From Candidatus Freyarchaeum deiterrae (GTDB taxonomy: Archaea > Asgardarchaeota > Jordiarchaeia > Jordiarchaeales > Jordiarchaeaceae): a stretch of 64,000 bases of DNA. The stretch covers positions 704,001 to 768,000 of the forward strand of contig CP147778.1 in the NCBI GenBank assembly GCA_037305845.1, in the 5' to 3' direction. The position numbers were made by a program, and so were the translations under genes. Positions 48,025 to 59,106 of this stretch are shown here, one piece after another; within the stretch, counting starts at the first letter, position 1, and every line of letters begins with the position of its first letter. The notes below the pieces were generated by a model that was not told where the DNA came from, did no database searches, and saw only the letters and a program-made list of their open reading frames with translations.

Positions 48025-49269
48025 CTATTTTGCTAGCCAAACTGAGTCGAACGTGTATCCATTAATGTCTTTAGCTTCGAGATGAATTGTCTGATTTTGA
48101 AAAACACTTATCAGAGTAAAGTGTAGGGTCTTATTGCCATAGGCACTGTACGACTGAGGGACATAATTCTCCAGAGGAGCCCCCCAACCACCAGTAGTTA
48201 AATACATCGTACCATTCTGATAAGAAGACACGTTATTGTTGCTGTACATTGGTAAAGTTCTATGATAATGATGCGTGTGGCCCTGAATAACTATGTTCAC
48301 ATGGTACTGGTCGAATAAGGGTACCCAATATTGCTGAAGATCTATAGCGTTCCCGTGCCCGCCGCTCCCGCTGCTGTTGTAAACGTTTCGATGAAACATA
48401 ACAATTTTCCACATATTTGATGGAGTGTTGTTCAAAACGCCATCAAGCCAGTTTCTCTCGTCTGTTGAAATCTGAGACGGGTACGCTTCGCTGTTGAGAA
48501 CGATGATTCGTAGATCTGGTCCCCAGTCTACATAGTACCATTGTCCGTTTCCGGGTAGCGCGAACTGTCCATAATAGTTGGTTGCGTTGTTTTCGTGGTT
48601 GCCTAAACATGGGATGACGGGGATGGTGAGACCGTTGTCACCTATCCAGTTGTCATTTACATCGATAAACCAAGAATCCCATTGGCTCTGATCCAAGCCG
48701 TTCTCAACCATGTCGCCACAGTGCATTACGAAGGAAGGATTAGTATGGCGCATCGCTTGTGAGACTAGGGTTCGATCCGCCGGATTAGTCCGCGAGTCAC
48801 CCCCAGCTACAAACTCAAAGTCAGAAGCCGAGCTGGGTGCGGTTTTAAAGGCTCGCTCCCCGCTATAATTTCCTGACCCGCCGCAAATGAAGTAGTATAT
48901 AGTATCGGGTATTAAATTAGTGAGCTCCGCTTGATGAATGTATCCCGAAGCGCCGGAATAGGTGTGATGAGAACCTATAGTTGAGTTAGGGTATAGCGAA
49001 TAATTCCCGCCATGAGATACCGTATCGTATAAAACGGTGTCACCTGATGTAGAATTTTGTGTCTGCCAGATGACAGTTACATTATGTGCAGGATCGTTTT
49101 GGTAAGTCAAATGTATGTTTTTGGGGGTGTCTACAGTCGGACTTACTTCTACAGGCAAGAATAGAAACGGGACCTGTGTAGGACGTTGCAGCTGAACGAG
49201 CAGGAAGGGTAGAGGTATCGCGATAAGCGCGATTACCAGCAACACGATAATAAGTTTTCTTTGTTTCAT
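48025..49269 (-). CDS. Secreted purple-acid-phosphatase-family metallophosphoesterase with FN3-like domain
   Basis: Signal anchor; GDSR, GDMV, GNHE, GHTHHY. Confidence 0.88.
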   Translation of the reverse strand: MKQRKLIIVLLVIALIAIPLPFLLVQLQRPTQVPFLFLPVEVSPTVDTPKNIHLTYQNDPAHNVTVIWQTQNSTSGDTVLYDTVSHGGNYSLYPNSTIGSHHTYSGASGYIHQAELTNLIPDTIYYFICGGSGNYSGERAFKTAPSSASDFEFVAGGDSRTNPADRTLVSQAMRHTNPSFVMHCGDMVENGLDQSQWDSWFIDVNDNWIGDNGLTIPVIPCLGNHENNATNYYGQFALPGNGQWYYVDWGPDLRIIVLNSEAYPSQISTDERNWLDGVLNNTPSNMWKIVMFHRNVYNSSGSGGHGNAIDLQQYWVPLFDQYHVNIVIQGHTHHYHRTLPMYSNNNVSSYQNGTMYLTTGGWGAPLENYVPQSYSAYGNKTLHFTLISVFQNQTIHLEAKDINGYTFDSVWLAK

Positions 49270-49461
49270 CTGCTCTCATTTCCTAGAAATTTTCATCCCG
49301 TAATTTAACGAAGTTATAAGGAACATTAAAAGTTTGTGTAGCCGGCAGGGTTCCATAGCAGTTTCCACAAATGGTGAGAGAAATGTTTTGGAAACGATTC
49401 AATAACTAAATTGTGAGGTGTTTAGCTTTTTACGGATGAGTTGTTTTAATCGGCGAAAAAT

Positions 49462-50241
49462 TTAGTCTTGGTTCGTGTTTTTCACAGTCCAATCAGTTAC
49501 AGTTTTCATGGCTTCTTGATTGTTTCTAATGTGGTGGTTTACGTTTTTGAGGATTAGAATTTTTTTGGGTTCCCTAGCTTTCTCATACAGGTCGTAGGCG
49601 CTCTTAACGGGAACGACGTCGTCTTGGTCTCCGTGGATGATGAGAACGGGTCTGGGTGAAATCTTTCCCGCCCAGTCGAGAGGGTTTAGTTTCTTCAGAT
49701 CGGTTCTTAATTCTTTGAAGGTTTTCTCAGTATTGGTTATCTTGAGGATTCCGAATTGTGTTGCGTATTTGATTCCTTCTTTTATCACTGGAATTTTTGT
49801 TAAATCTGAAGGACTTGAACAGCTTGCAAAAGCCTTAACTCTTGAATCATTAGCCACAACCGACCAAGAAACAAACGCGCCGGCGCTGAAACTCACAAGT
49901 CCTAACCTTCCAGGATCGATGCGTGGTGAGGATGCCAGATAGGATATTGCATCAGAGACGTTGCGAGACCAGCCGGAAAAACTGAACTCGCCTTCACTTC
50001 CGCTAGTTCCTTGGAAGTTGAAAATCAGGGCGGCGTATCCTCTCTCACAAAACTTCTCGGCTAGAGTGGGGTAGCCCTTTTCCTCAACGGGTCTGTTTTC
50101 CCGGGGTATTCCGTGGCAGATGCAAACTCCAGGAATTCGCTCGGAAGCGGAAGTATCGAGAAAGAACAGAGTGCCGCCTAGGCGTACTCCGCTGCTTATT
50201 ATAGAAACCCTTTCGCTCTTAATCATACCAACACCAGACAT
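49462..50241 (-). CDS. Alpha/beta hydrolase
   Basis: CHG, SFSAG nucleophile elbow, HGDQDDVV, NH. Confidence 0.85.
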   Translation of the reverse strand: MSGVGMIKSERVSIISSGVRLGGTLFFLDTSASERIPGVCICHGIPRENRPVEEKGYPTLAEKFCERGYAALIFNFQGTSGSEGEFSFSGWSRNVSDAISYLASSPRIDPGRLGLVSFSAGAFVSWSVVANDSRVKAFASCSSPSDLTKIPVIKEGIKYATQFGILKITNTEKTFKELRTDLKKLNPLDWAGKISPRPVLIIHGDQDDVVPVKSAYDLYEKAREPKKILILKNVNHHIRNNQEAMKTVTDWTVKNTNQD

Positions 50242-50381
50242 ATGTCCTATAGAATAATTTTATAATTTTGGACATCTTAAATTAATACAGGGTATATGGA
50301 ATAGGGAGTGTATTAATACTCCTTTTTAAGGAGAGGAGAAAAATTTCATCCATTTATGTTGAGGAGGCGCCTTTCTCAAGG

Positions 50382-50876
50382 GTGTTTGCCTATCGGATAA
50401 TTTTCATAATTTTTCTCAGCGTATTAGTATTCTTAGTTATGGTAGGATGGCTGAGCGGATACTCTTTGGGGCAGTTTTATAACACATCCCTAAGCACTGT
50501 GCAAATACTAGCTCTAATATACTTAGCATTGGCGATTTTTCTAATTTACATAGGAATCGTTTACTATAAGCTTAGATACGTGGTTAGAATAGATGGATTG
50601 CAGATCATGTTATTCCCATTCACTCTAACCATTCACTATGATACAATATACGAAATCGATTTAAGACCACCAAAAAAGGTAGAAGGCCCCCCGGGTTGGG
50701 GTCTTAGAATCTGGGGAAATTCCATGTTTGCTATTTCTGGTACGAAACCCTGTTTATACATAAAAAGATTGGAAGGCATTGTAAAAGAATTCTACCTGTC
50801 CTCAGGAGACCCAGAAAATCTAGCATCAAGAATCAAAATTAACATGAGAAGGTACTTCGCTCCCCGAAACGCATAA
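50382..50876 (+). CDS. Membrane protein with bacterial-PH-like domain
   Basis: Two TM helices then GWGLR...SSGDPE. Confidence 0.6.
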   Translation: MFAYRIIFIIFLSVLVFLVMVGWLSGYSLGQFYNTSLSTVQILALIYLALAIFLIYIGIVYYKLRYVVRIDGLQIMLFPFTLTIHYDTIYEIDLRPPKKVEGPPGWGLRIWGNSMFAISGTKPCLYIKRLEGIVKEFYLSSGDPENLASRIKINMRRYFAPRNA

Positions 50877-50998
50877 AAAAAATAGCAGAATAAGTCAAAA
50901 ATCAGAAACACCACGCTATAATACGATACATGCTAATAGAGAAGTTATCAGAAATCTGCTTATCCCTTTTAATTAATGTTTGAAGGAGTTGAAAAGCC

Positions 50999-51508
50999 TT
51001 GAAGGATATTATATCCTCTTCGCATGGAAGAATCTCGGAGCTTAAGCGTAATGAGATGGTGGAATTGGTTTTAAGAAATAAGTCTGGCAGATTGGGTTTA
51101 TCGGTTAATGATGAGCCCTACGTCGTTCCTGTCTCTTATGCGTACCATGAGGGTAAGATTTACATTCATTCGGGGAGAGGTAAAAAGACTGAATACCTGG
51201 CCAAGAATCCCCGAGTTTGTTTTCAGGTAGATGAGGTTTATGATAACGGTTCATGGAAAAGCGTGATAATTTACGGAAAAGCCAAGTTTGTTGAAGACTT
51301 TCAACGGGGTCTAAGAATTCTTTTTGAAAAATTTTCGGAGCCATTTATGCGGGACGAGGATGCAGCTATTGCCCGTCAGAGAATGGAGAATTTTCTGAGC
51401 ACAGTTTCTGGGATTAGAGCTCCACCCAGTGAAGGTGGTGGTGGAATGCAGTTCTACGTGTACGAAATTGAGGTTGAAGAAATGACCGGGAGACAGGAAA
51501 TTAGATGA
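50999..51508 (+). CDS. Pyridoxamine-5'-phosphate-oxidase-like flavin-binding protein (NimA-like)
   Basis: GRLGL...PYVVPVSY...GKK...NPRVCF...SVIIYG. Confidence 0.88.
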   Translation: MKDIISSSHGRISELKRNEMVELVLRNKSGRLGLSVNDEPYVVPVSYAYHEGKIYIHSGRGKKTEYLAKNPRVCFQVDEVYDNGSWKSVIIYGKAKFVEDFQRGLRILFEKFSEPFMRDEDAAIARQRMENFLSTVSGIRAPPSEGGGGMQFYVYEIEVEEMTGRQEIR

Positions 51509-51632
51509 GATGAACGTGTTTTTGTTTTTAATTTCTATTATATGTATTGTGCGATTTCAATTTGCAACCATAATGAAAAAGTGCCCTTGCGGTTTTCCTT
51601 TTTGTTGGGCTGTGCATTTAATAATTAAAAAA

Positions 51633-52526
51633 TTAGGGTTTCCAAGTTTTTTCTATTGAAACCTCTTCGAGTTCAATTCTTAAAAGAGCATTTCTAAGGG
51701 TTTCTTCTTCATCTTTCTCGGAGTTTTTAGTTGCTTCTAAGAGTTTTTGAACCAGATAATTTCTTTTTACTCCTCTTCTGGCGTAAGTTCCGAGCGCGAA
51801 AATGGCATTAATGCGGACTGCGGAATTATCATCTTTTAATAGGTTGAGGAGAGGGTTCAGAATTTTTTCGTCTGTTAGTTTTTCATCAGCGTTTTGTGCT
51901 ATTATGAAAGCGGTTCCTTCCCTAATTCTGGGGTCTCTGTAGTTTAAAAGCTGGATGAGTGTTTCCAGAATTCTCTCTTTTATGAGCCCATTCTCCCACA
52001 TTTGTTCTCCCGCAGCAATGGAGAGGCCAATGTTAACATTGTAGTCTTGTGTTCTTAGTATTCTTTCAATAAGATTTGAATCATTTTTTTCTAGAACATC
52101 TCTTATAGCGTACATCCCTATAGTCCACCCCGAATTTGCTCGGAGTTCCTTATCATCGTCTGTGAGAAATTTGATGAGAGGCTTAATGATTCTATCATCA
52201 TAAAAACCAAGCTTAGCATACTCACCAAGAGCGGTGGTAGCCCGGCAGCGGACTTTACTGCTCCAATCTCTTAATAGTTTTATTAACAGTTTTAGAGCAG
52301 CTTTATCAAAAATTCCATGAGAGGCATATTCTCCCACGGCAAACGCTGAATTCATCCGATCCTCCCTGTCCACCTCACTCAAGAGTTTTACAAGAGGCTC
52401 TAAAGCCCTCCTATCAGTCTGCCCCCGCATCGCGTATCTTCCTATGTTGAAAGCCGCACGGCTCCTCTTCATCCTGTCCGAATCCGTTAATAAGGAGATT
52501 TGCTTCTCCAGATTCTGCGTATCCAA
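51633..52526 (-). CDS. HEAT-repeat protein
   Basis: Repeated L..LL.D....VR..A..ALG units. Confidence 0.85.
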   Translation of the reverse strand: MDTQNLEKQISLLTDSDRMKRSRAAFNIGRYAMRGQTDRRALEPLVKLLSEVDREDRMNSAFAVGEYASHGIFDKAALKLLIKLLRDWSSKVRCRATTALGEYAKLGFYDDRIIKPLIKFLTDDDKELRANSGWTIGMYAIRDVLEKNDSNLIERILRTQDYNVNIGLSIAAGEQMWENGLIKERILETLIQLLNYRDPRIREGTAFIIAQNADEKLTDEKILNPLLNLLKDDNSAVRINAIFALGTYARRGVKRNYLVQKLLEATKNSEKDEEETLRNALLRIELEEVSIEKTWKP

Positions 52527-52552
52527 TACCTGATACTCCCTCTTGCTTTGTA

Positions 52553-53026
52553 TTATTTTTCTTTCTCATTTTTTTGAGGACTAAAAATTGCACTTAGAAG
52601 TATTATCAGAGTCCCGGTTATTTCTGTAGCAGCAGGCACGAGGCGTGCCCAAAGTGGGGGCGTAGAAATCTGGCTTACAAAAATCAAGGGAATGGCCTGT
52701 GGATAGAGAAAGATAATTGAAATCTGGCTTACAAAATCCAAGGCAATCACCTGAGGATAAAGAAAGCTAATTATAAAGGGCATAACCCAATAGCCCACTA
52801 ACAAAATCACTACACCTACAGGTACGATTTTTTTCCAATAAGTTTGGAATTCAAATTCGAGAAGCAGACCACCAATAAGTAAAGTTATACCAGCCAATTC
52901 GACAAATGAGAGCACCAGTATGATGTTGTTGATATCACTCGTACTGGGCAGAAAGAGTAAACCGTTTGCAAAAGCCCATGAAGGAATGAAAATTAAAATT
53001 CCCGACCAAAAAAGTGTTCTAACCAA
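52553..53026 (-). CDS. Membrane protein with an internal 18-aa tandem duplication
   Basis: FLYPQVIALDFVSQIS / FLYPQAIPLIFVSQIS. Confidence 0.6.
   Translation of the reverse strand: MVRTLFWSGILIFIPSWAFANGLLFLPSTSDINNIILVLSFVELAGITLLIGGLLLEFEFQTYWKKIVPVGVVILLVGYWVMPFIISFLYPQVIALDFVSQISIIFLYPQAIPLIFVSQISTPPLWARLVPAATEITGTLIILLSAIFSPQKNEKEK
52665..52772. repeat. 2 x 54-bp imperfect tandem repeat
   Basis: gaaatctggcttacaaaa...aatt occurs twice. Confidence 0.8.
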
Positions 53027-53096
53027 TTTCGTTCCCTTACACTTCTTCTGAGTTTTTTGAAGAAAACAGTATTGTGGATGGTATTTTTCTGTCTTT

Positions 53097-53933
53097 CTAC
53101 CTTAAAAATTGCAACAGCTCAAGTGACGCCTTCATTTCTGCTTGAGAAGCGGTTAATTCTACTGTGATTATTTCCGTTCTTTTTTTCAATTTTTCGGCAG
53201 CTTTAAGTATCTGTCGGTTTACCTCTGTTTCCGAGTAGGGGTAGTGGTCCCAGAATAATAGATTTCTATCCAGGTAATTTACAGAAAATTCTTTTATTTC
53301 TGGTCTTAGGAAACTTAGGTGAATTTCTTTTATGGGTAGATTGTTGAAACCCATCCGCTCAAGTTTAATGTTTTGAAATGCACAGTTTACAGCCATATGT
53401 CCTAGGTCAAGCAGAATGTCTATGTGTTTCGCAATTTCACCCAACTCAGTTTCATTCATTCCAATTGCGGGGGACTCTATGTCTGAACCATAAATGTTTT
53501 CCAATGCTACCTGAGATAGAAGATTATCCCTTTTTAGGATCTGACTGAGTTTTGAAATGTTACTGATACTCTCCTGAGTTGAGAGTTTTCGACCCTTTAT
53601 CACGAAGTCGTTAGGACCCTTTATTTTTCCCCGGAGGCCTCCGTGAAACCCGTACAGTTTCCAATCGGGCAGAAAGCGGTTCACACGCTCTATAGTTTTT
53701 TTAACCATGAGAGCTGCCCCTCTAGGGTTGACGGCGGGATTCATCATAAAATTCTTATCATAGTCCGTCCTTATCGCCGGAAGGTTATGTATAGTAACAA
53801 TCTTTTCTCCTAGTTCTTCACATATTATCCGGTTCTTCTCCTCTAGGCCTATACCCAATTCAAAACCGTCAACATAATCCTCTAATTCCTTCAGTTCTTG
53901 CACATTATGCTTGGCAGTTGAAATTAATAGCAA
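53097..53933 (-). CDS. TIM-barrel protein (AP endonuclease 2/xylose-isomerase-like)
   Basis: ALEN, LDLGH, EIHLS, WDH, TVE metal ligands. Confidence 0.7.
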   Translation of the reverse strand: MLLISTAKHNVQELKELEDYVDGFELGIGLEEKNRIICEELGEKIVTIHNLPAIRTDYDKNFMMNPAVNPRGAALMVKKTIERVNRFLPDWKLYGFHGGLRGKIKGPNDFVIKGRKLSTQESISNISKLSQILKRDNLLSQVALENIYGSDIESPAIGMNETELGEIAKHIDILLDLGHMAVNCAFQNIKLERMGFNNLPIKEIHLSFLRPEIKEFSVNYLDRNLLFWDHYPYSETEVNRQILKAAEKLKKRTEIITVELTASQAEMKASLELLQFLR

Positions 53934-54152
53934 CGGAAGTCATCCCAGAAAAAGTTAAGCCAAATGGTATAAGAACTTTCCTAGAGAATAGAAAGCTCTT
54001 CCCCATCCTATAAAACGCGTTTCACTTATTGTAAGAAAATCACAATCTATCAGATTCCTTTTCCCTATAAAAAGAGGGTGGATAAAAAAAGAGAGAATAT
54101 TTGTATTATTTATTTTTTAGTCTCTTTTTCCTGTTCCGCTGTCAGACTCTTA

Positions 54153-54575
54153 TTAATCTACTTCAACGCTTTTTTCAGGTTCCTTTTTTAGTACAACTCT
54201 CAGTACGCCGTTAGTGTAAGTCGCCTTTACTTCGTCCACTTTGGCTTTGGAGGGTAGGTCGATGTTTGCCTTGAATGTTTTCTTCTCTGTTCCTCTTAGT
54301 TTGGTTTCCTCCTCGCTGTGTTCACGCTCTGCATTAACTTCAAGGTAGTAGTCTCCAGCCTTCAAGTCAATATTGTCCTTATCAAAGCCCGGCATATCAA
54401 TCTCTACGATGATGTTTTCCTCGTCCTCGGTAACATAGGTTGACGCGAAAGCCTTTATTTTATCAAACCATTCTGGGAATCTCTGCGCCATCATTTTTCC
54501 CATATGTTTAAAGCGGTGTCCAAATTGGGGACCGAATGGGGGGAAACCTTGTCCGCAGCCTTTATTCCATTCCAT
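54153..54575 (-). CDS. Hsp20/alpha-crystallin small heat-shock protein
   Basis: DMPGFDK, ATYTNGVL. Confidence 0.9.
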   Translation of the reverse strand: MEWNKGCGQGFPPFGPQFGHRFKHMGKMMAQRFPEWFDKIKAFASTYVTEDEENIIVEIDMPGFDKDNIDLKAGDYYLEVNAEREHSEEETKLRGTEKKTFKANIDLPSKAKVDEVKATYTNGVLRVVLKKEPEKSVEVD

Positions 54576-54588
54576 ACCTTTTCACCTC

Positions 54589-55197
54589 CTATTCAACCTT
54601 TATTCTCTTTGGTGGTTCTCTGGAGGACTCCTGCTCCAGTTTCTTGATCGCCGCATCGATGGATTTCAACTCGGATTCTAGTTGTGCCTTCAATCCTAAT
54701 AGCAGGGGGAGAATTTCCTCCGGTGGTAGAGGAGAGGTTGTGTAGTCTCTAGCTAGCTTGGTTAGTTGGTCGATTTTTTTGGCTATGATGTGAGTCCTCT
54801 TTTGAGCGTGATTCTCTAAATCAGAGGAAAGATGATCGCCCACGAAGCCCACGAAATGCTGGAAGAAGTCTATTTCCTTGTCAAATTTATCAGCAATGTT
54901 TTTCAGGGTTTCTTCTCCCAGCTGTGTTATCTCATATCTCTTTCTGCTGGGTCCTCTATCACTCTCTTCCCTCGTTCCTTGAATTAATCCTCTATCTTCG
55001 AGTCGGGAGAGTACTGGGTAGACTACGCCTGCCTTGGCGTCCCAGAATCCCTGGAATTTTTCGTTGAGGCTGTTTATGATTTCGTAACCGTAGCGTGGCT
55101 TCTCCTTTATCATTACCATGATGAGAAACTCTACTGGGCTCATTTTCTGAAGCCTGTCCCAGATGTTTCTGCCGAAGCCTCTTCCTTCCCATATCAT
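54589..55197 (-). CDS. PadR-family transcriptional regulator
   Basis: YGYEI, GVVYPVLSRLE, RKRYEITQLG. Confidence 0.9.
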   Translation of the reverse strand: MIWEGRGFGRNIWDRLQKMSPVEFLIMVMIKEKPRYGYEIINSLNEKFQGFWDAKAGVVYPVLSRLEDRGLIQGTREESDRGPSRKRYEITQLGEETLKNIADKFDKEIDFFQHFVGFVGDHLSSDLENHAQKRTHIIAKKIDQLTKLARDYTTSPLPPEEILPLLLGLKAQLESELKSIDAAIKKLEQESSREPPKRIKVE

Positions 55198-55426
55198 GCC
55201 GATACACCATTCTTGATGACTCTACATATTAATGCATTACCTTATTGTTAACTCTATATAGAGTTGTGATATTTAAACCTTTTCATACCAGCAACACTTG
55301 ACAAAGACAGCTTAACATTAAGGTAGTTAACTAAAATCAACTTTCGTTAATAAAAAAAGTGAATCTGCAATTTTTAAGTAAATTAAAAAGAAAAAAGAAA
55401 AAATAAGAAGTTAAGTCAAACTAAGC

Positions 55427-56881
55427 CTATTTAAAAGGCCAGTGCTCGAAGCCTTCGTAAACTAGGAGATAGAAGATCACGACAGTAACAGTCCATGTGT
55501 ACATTATGCTATAGCCCGTAGCGGTACCAATTCCCTCAAAGTAAACTGCGAGAACCCAGTAGTTCCAAATAAGAATTGGAGCAACGATTGGAGGCTGGAA
55601 AAGTATGTTAAACAATGACCATAGGTACAGGCTTTGTAGTCCGCTTGCTGAAGTTATTAGATTGGCGCCGGTTAATGGTGCTGCAAATCCTGGATTAATC
55701 ATCAGGAGGTAGTAAAGTATGGCACCTATTATGAATGCAAGAATCACGAAAGTTAAGTGTCCCTTCATGCCCCATCTTGACCAGGGCCACATTGCGAAGG
55801 TGAGCTGTCCGAATAGCAGAACTACTAATGGGAAGGTTAAGAAAGCCGTAACGTTGGCGTGAGCGACAACTGGAACTGGAAGTATATAATCGTATGGTAT
55901 AAGTGGAGTAATGGATGGCCAATTGGCTAGTACTGGTGCTGTTGTTGTGCCTACGACTGCGGTGACAATGCCCCATATGATTAATCCAGTTATGATAGCT
56001 AGGAAGAAGTTTATGAGACCCCTCTTGGGTTGGGTCATGTTCGGGAATGGAGCGATTATAGACATCAATGTGTTTGCAACGATTAAAGCGAAGAACAGTG
56101 AGGTCACAAAGTCAAAGGGTTCGGTAGGCTGTATAGCGGTTATAGGATATACGAAATAGAACAATCCACCGGTCCCTGCAGCTGCAAATTGTTGGCCGTA
56201 GACAGTGCTCATTGAACCTGTTGCCATTCTAGCTAGTGCAACGTATCGTATAAGGAAGGCTATTACCCAGGCTATTACTACATATATTGCTCCTCTGATT
56301 ATTGCGTGTGTTTGTGGTCTTCTGGGAATGAATGGCCAGTACATGAATAAGGTGGCCCATATTGGGAATACGAAGAATGCAATGGTGCCCAGAAGAATGA
56401 TGTCAAGAGCGATCCATTTCAACACGATAGCGAATATATACCACATTATGAATGCGAGAACCATGGATAGCACTAGTGTTATGAGTCCAGCCCACGGTTG
56501 CTTACCTATCCTACTTTTTGAAGGTGTGAATGGGCGGGCTAGAACAGCGATTGAGATAAACCACACGATACAGAGGATGAAGTAAGATGCCCAATTAACG
56601 AGGTATCCAAGTGGATAAAGCGATATTTCCTGGGGGTTGTTTAGAGAGAATATGATACCAAAAGTGCCTAGATTGCCAAGTGGTGTTAGTGCGTGATAAA
56701 ATTCGTATGCAACAAAGGCGTTCGCTTGAACCATTTTTGTGAAGAATCCCCAAACGGGGTTGAAGAACCACTGGTATGCTACGTATGCAATTATGAGAAC
56801 TGCACTCATTGATAGGAATCCTTGCCAGGGCTGTGCGAATTTCGGTTCGGCTTCTACTACTTCTTTTGCTTTCTTTGACAT
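55427..56881 (-). CDS. Polytopic membrane protein (putative transporter), paralog 1
   Basis: About 12 TM helices; QPWQG, YWPF, WPW, HWPF motifs. Confidence 0.75.
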   Translation of the reverse strand: MSKKAKEVVEAEPKFAQPWQGFLSMSAVLIIAYVAYQWFFNPVWGFFTKMVQANAFVAYEFYHALTPLGNLGTFGIIFSLNNPQEISLYPLGYLVNWASYFILCIVWFISIAVLARPFTPSKSRIGKQPWAGLITLVLSMVLAFIMWYIFAIVLKWIALDIILLGTIAFFVFPIWATLFMYWPFIPRRPQTHAIIRGAIYVVIAWVIAFLIRYVALARMATGSMSTVYGQQFAAAGTGGLFYFVYPITAIQPTEPFDFVTSLFFALIVANTLMSIIAPFPNMTQPKRGLINFFLAIITGLIIWGIVTAVVGTTTAPVLANWPSITPLIPYDYILPVPVVAHANVTAFLTFPLVVLLFGQLTFAMWPWSRWGMKGHLTFVILAFIIGAILYYLLMINPGFAAPLTGANLITSASGLQSLYLWSLFNILFQPPIVAPILIWNYWVLAVYFEGIGTATGYSIMYTWTVTVVIFYLLVYEGFEHWPFK

Positions 56882-56970
56882 TTTCCTCTCAGACCTTTAA
56901 TTTTTTTAAAGCTCCACTTATGGGAAGCTTTAGTGAGTTATCGTGTTCTTAATATATATACTTTTTGGGA
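56882..56970 (-). promoter_or_regulatory. BRE/TATA promoter and leader hairpin, copy 1
   Basis: Minus strand CCCAAAAAG-TATATAT; hairpin TAAAGC(T)TCC-CATAAGT-GGAGCTTTA; GAGG RBS. Confidence 0.7.
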
Positions 56971-57208
56971 AAATACTTTGGCATAATGTAAGGAGCGTGT
57001 ATTTTTATTCCCCAGTATCTAAGGTTAATTTGTTTAAAAACCATTTTATATGGCAGGAAATCTAAAAAGAAACCTTATGAATCCTTATTATCTCAAGACA
57101 CCAATAAACAAAAACATGTGTAACACTACTTTATGTCAAACGCTTCGTTTCATAGCAGTTCTATCCCCCCGCTTGTGCCCTTATGAAGAGGTATAAAAAT
57201 TCCCTTTT

Positions 57209-57667
57209 ATGAAATATTCCCTCTGAAAAACCACATACTACTTGAACCAAGGTTCTTGAAGCGGTATTATTATGACTTAGCGAGAATTGATGAAGTGCTG
57301 GCGGATTCTATTCCTGGGGCAAGGTGAGAATCGAGAGGAAGACTTGAAGAATTAATGAGAACAAGGCGGAGCCCACTCTCTCACATAAATTAGTAACTTC
57401 GTAAAGCTGTTAAGTTCGGATGAAGGCTAATCCGAAGGAAATTCCCTTCAAGTACACTGGCAGTATCAACTGAACCCGTAAGCGCTTGAAGAACTATCCC
57501 ACAGAGGAGGGTGACAAGATACCAAGCCAGTCAGCGGTAAGAAAATTAGGGGTGCTGTCTACAACAGGCTCTTTTAAAATGCCATTCAGAAAACACTTGG
57601 GGAAGCAGAGGAAGAATTCTTCCAAAATGAAGTAGAAACAATTACGAAATATGGCGAGGAAAGGTAA
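57209..57667 (+). pseudogene. Degraded gene remnant, family unknown
   Basis: Coding-like fragments with stops (LEPRFLKRYYYDLARIDEVL; KIRGAVYNRLF*NAIQKTLGEAEEEFF). Confidence 0.3.
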
Positions 57668-57732
57668 TCAGTAATATTTTTACAGAAATTAAAAAGAAAA
57701 AAGAAAAAATAAAAGATTGATTAAAACCAAGC

Positions 57733-59106
57733 TTATGCCCAAGGCCAATGACCCATTGCTTCGTAAGCCAAGATATAGAAGATCAGCACGGTTACCATCC
57801 ATGAAAACATTATAGTGTAACCTACACTCTGGGCAACACCCTGGAAAGCTATTAGAAAGACCATGAACGCTGTATAGCCACCAAAAGCGCCAGGTGCGAA
57901 ATAGAAGACCATGTACATTGTTTGCATTCCGCTCATTGAGGGTATCAGATTGGTACCAGTTATTGCGGCGGCATAGCCCGGATTAACCATTATAATGTAG
58001 TAGAGTATACTACCGATTATGAATGCCATTATTATGAAGATTAGGTGTGACCACTTGCCAAATCTTGTCCAAGGCCAATTAGCGAAGGTAAGCTCTCCCG
58101 CTAGCAGAATCACTAATGGGAAGGTCAGATAAGCCGTCACGTTTCCGTAGTTTGAGTATGGAGTCGTCAATAGCCAGGTACTCGGTGTGCTCATTACTAC
58201 TCCTGCCGATGATTTAGTTACTATTGCTCCTAGGATAATCCACATGATGACTCCTATGATAATTCCTATTATGGCGTTGATGAGTCCTCTCCATGGTTGA
58301 CTCATGTTCGGGAAGAACGCGAGTTGACTCATGATATTGAATCCAACGATGACAGCGAAAAGCCCTGAGACTATGAAATCATAGGGATAAGTGGCGAACA
58401 GAGGTTGCGTAAGATTACCGCCAAGATACTGTTCGAAGAAAACACCAATTGGATTCGCATAGATTATCTTCATAACGGCCCAGCGTACTATGAAGGTAAT
58501 TATCCATGATATGGTAACGAAGACTGCTCCTCTCCAAACTGGATGGGCTTGCGCATGCTTGGGAACGAATGGCCAGTACATGAACAGTGTACCCCATATA
58601 GGGAATACAACGAATCCAGTTGTGCCTAGGACGATCATGTCATAGCCTGTCCAGCCTAACTTGAATCCTAGGATGAACCAAGTCACGAAGGCGAGAATCA
58701 TGGATAACGCTGTTACGTATATACCGAACCATGGTTGCTTTGGGGGTGTGGGCGAGAATGAACGACATAGTACGATAATTGCTACTATCCACACGATACA
58801 GAATATGAAGTATGATACCCAGTCAACGATGTACCCCATCGGATACAGTGCCATCTCTTGTGCGTTGTTAATAGCTAGTGTCAGACCAATTTCTCCGCCT
58901 AGAGAACCACCAAAGTGCTCTCCTAGCCAAAAGGCTGTAAAAACGTTCGTTTGAATCATGTGTGTTAATAGTCCCCAAACGGGGTGTAGTAAAAACTCGT
59001 ATGTGAGGTATGCTATGATGAATATCGACATGAATGATAGGAATCCTTGCCAAGGCTGCTTGAATTTTGGTGCGGCCTCTACTACTTCAGCTGCTTTCTT
59101 TGACAT
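57733..59106 (-). CDS. Polytopic membrane protein (putative transporter), paralog 2
   Basis: Same motifs and near-identical N-terminus as 55427..56881. Confidence 0.75.
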   Translation of the reverse strand: MSKKAAEVVEAAPKFKQPWQGFLSFMSIFIIAYLTYEFLLHPVWGLLTHMIQTNVFTAFWLGEHFGGSLGGEIGLTLAINNAQEMALYPMGYIVDWVSYFIFCIVWIVAIIVLCRSFSPTPPKQPWFGIYVTALSMILAFVTWFILGFKLGWTGYDMIVLGTTGFVVFPIWGTLFMYWPFVPKHAQAHPVWRGAVFVTISWIITFIVRWAVMKIIYANPIGVFFEQYLGGNLTQPLFATYPYDFIVSGLFAVIVGFNIMSQLAFFPNMSQPWRGLINAIIGIIIGVIMWIILGAIVTKSSAGVVMSTPSTWLLTTPYSNYGNVTAYLTFPLVILLAGELTFANWPWTRFGKWSHLIFIIMAFIIGSILYYIIMVNPGYAAAITGTNLIPSMSGMQTMYMVFYFAPGAFGGYTAFMVFLIAFQGVAQSVGYTIMFSWMVTVLIFYILAYEAMGHWPWA

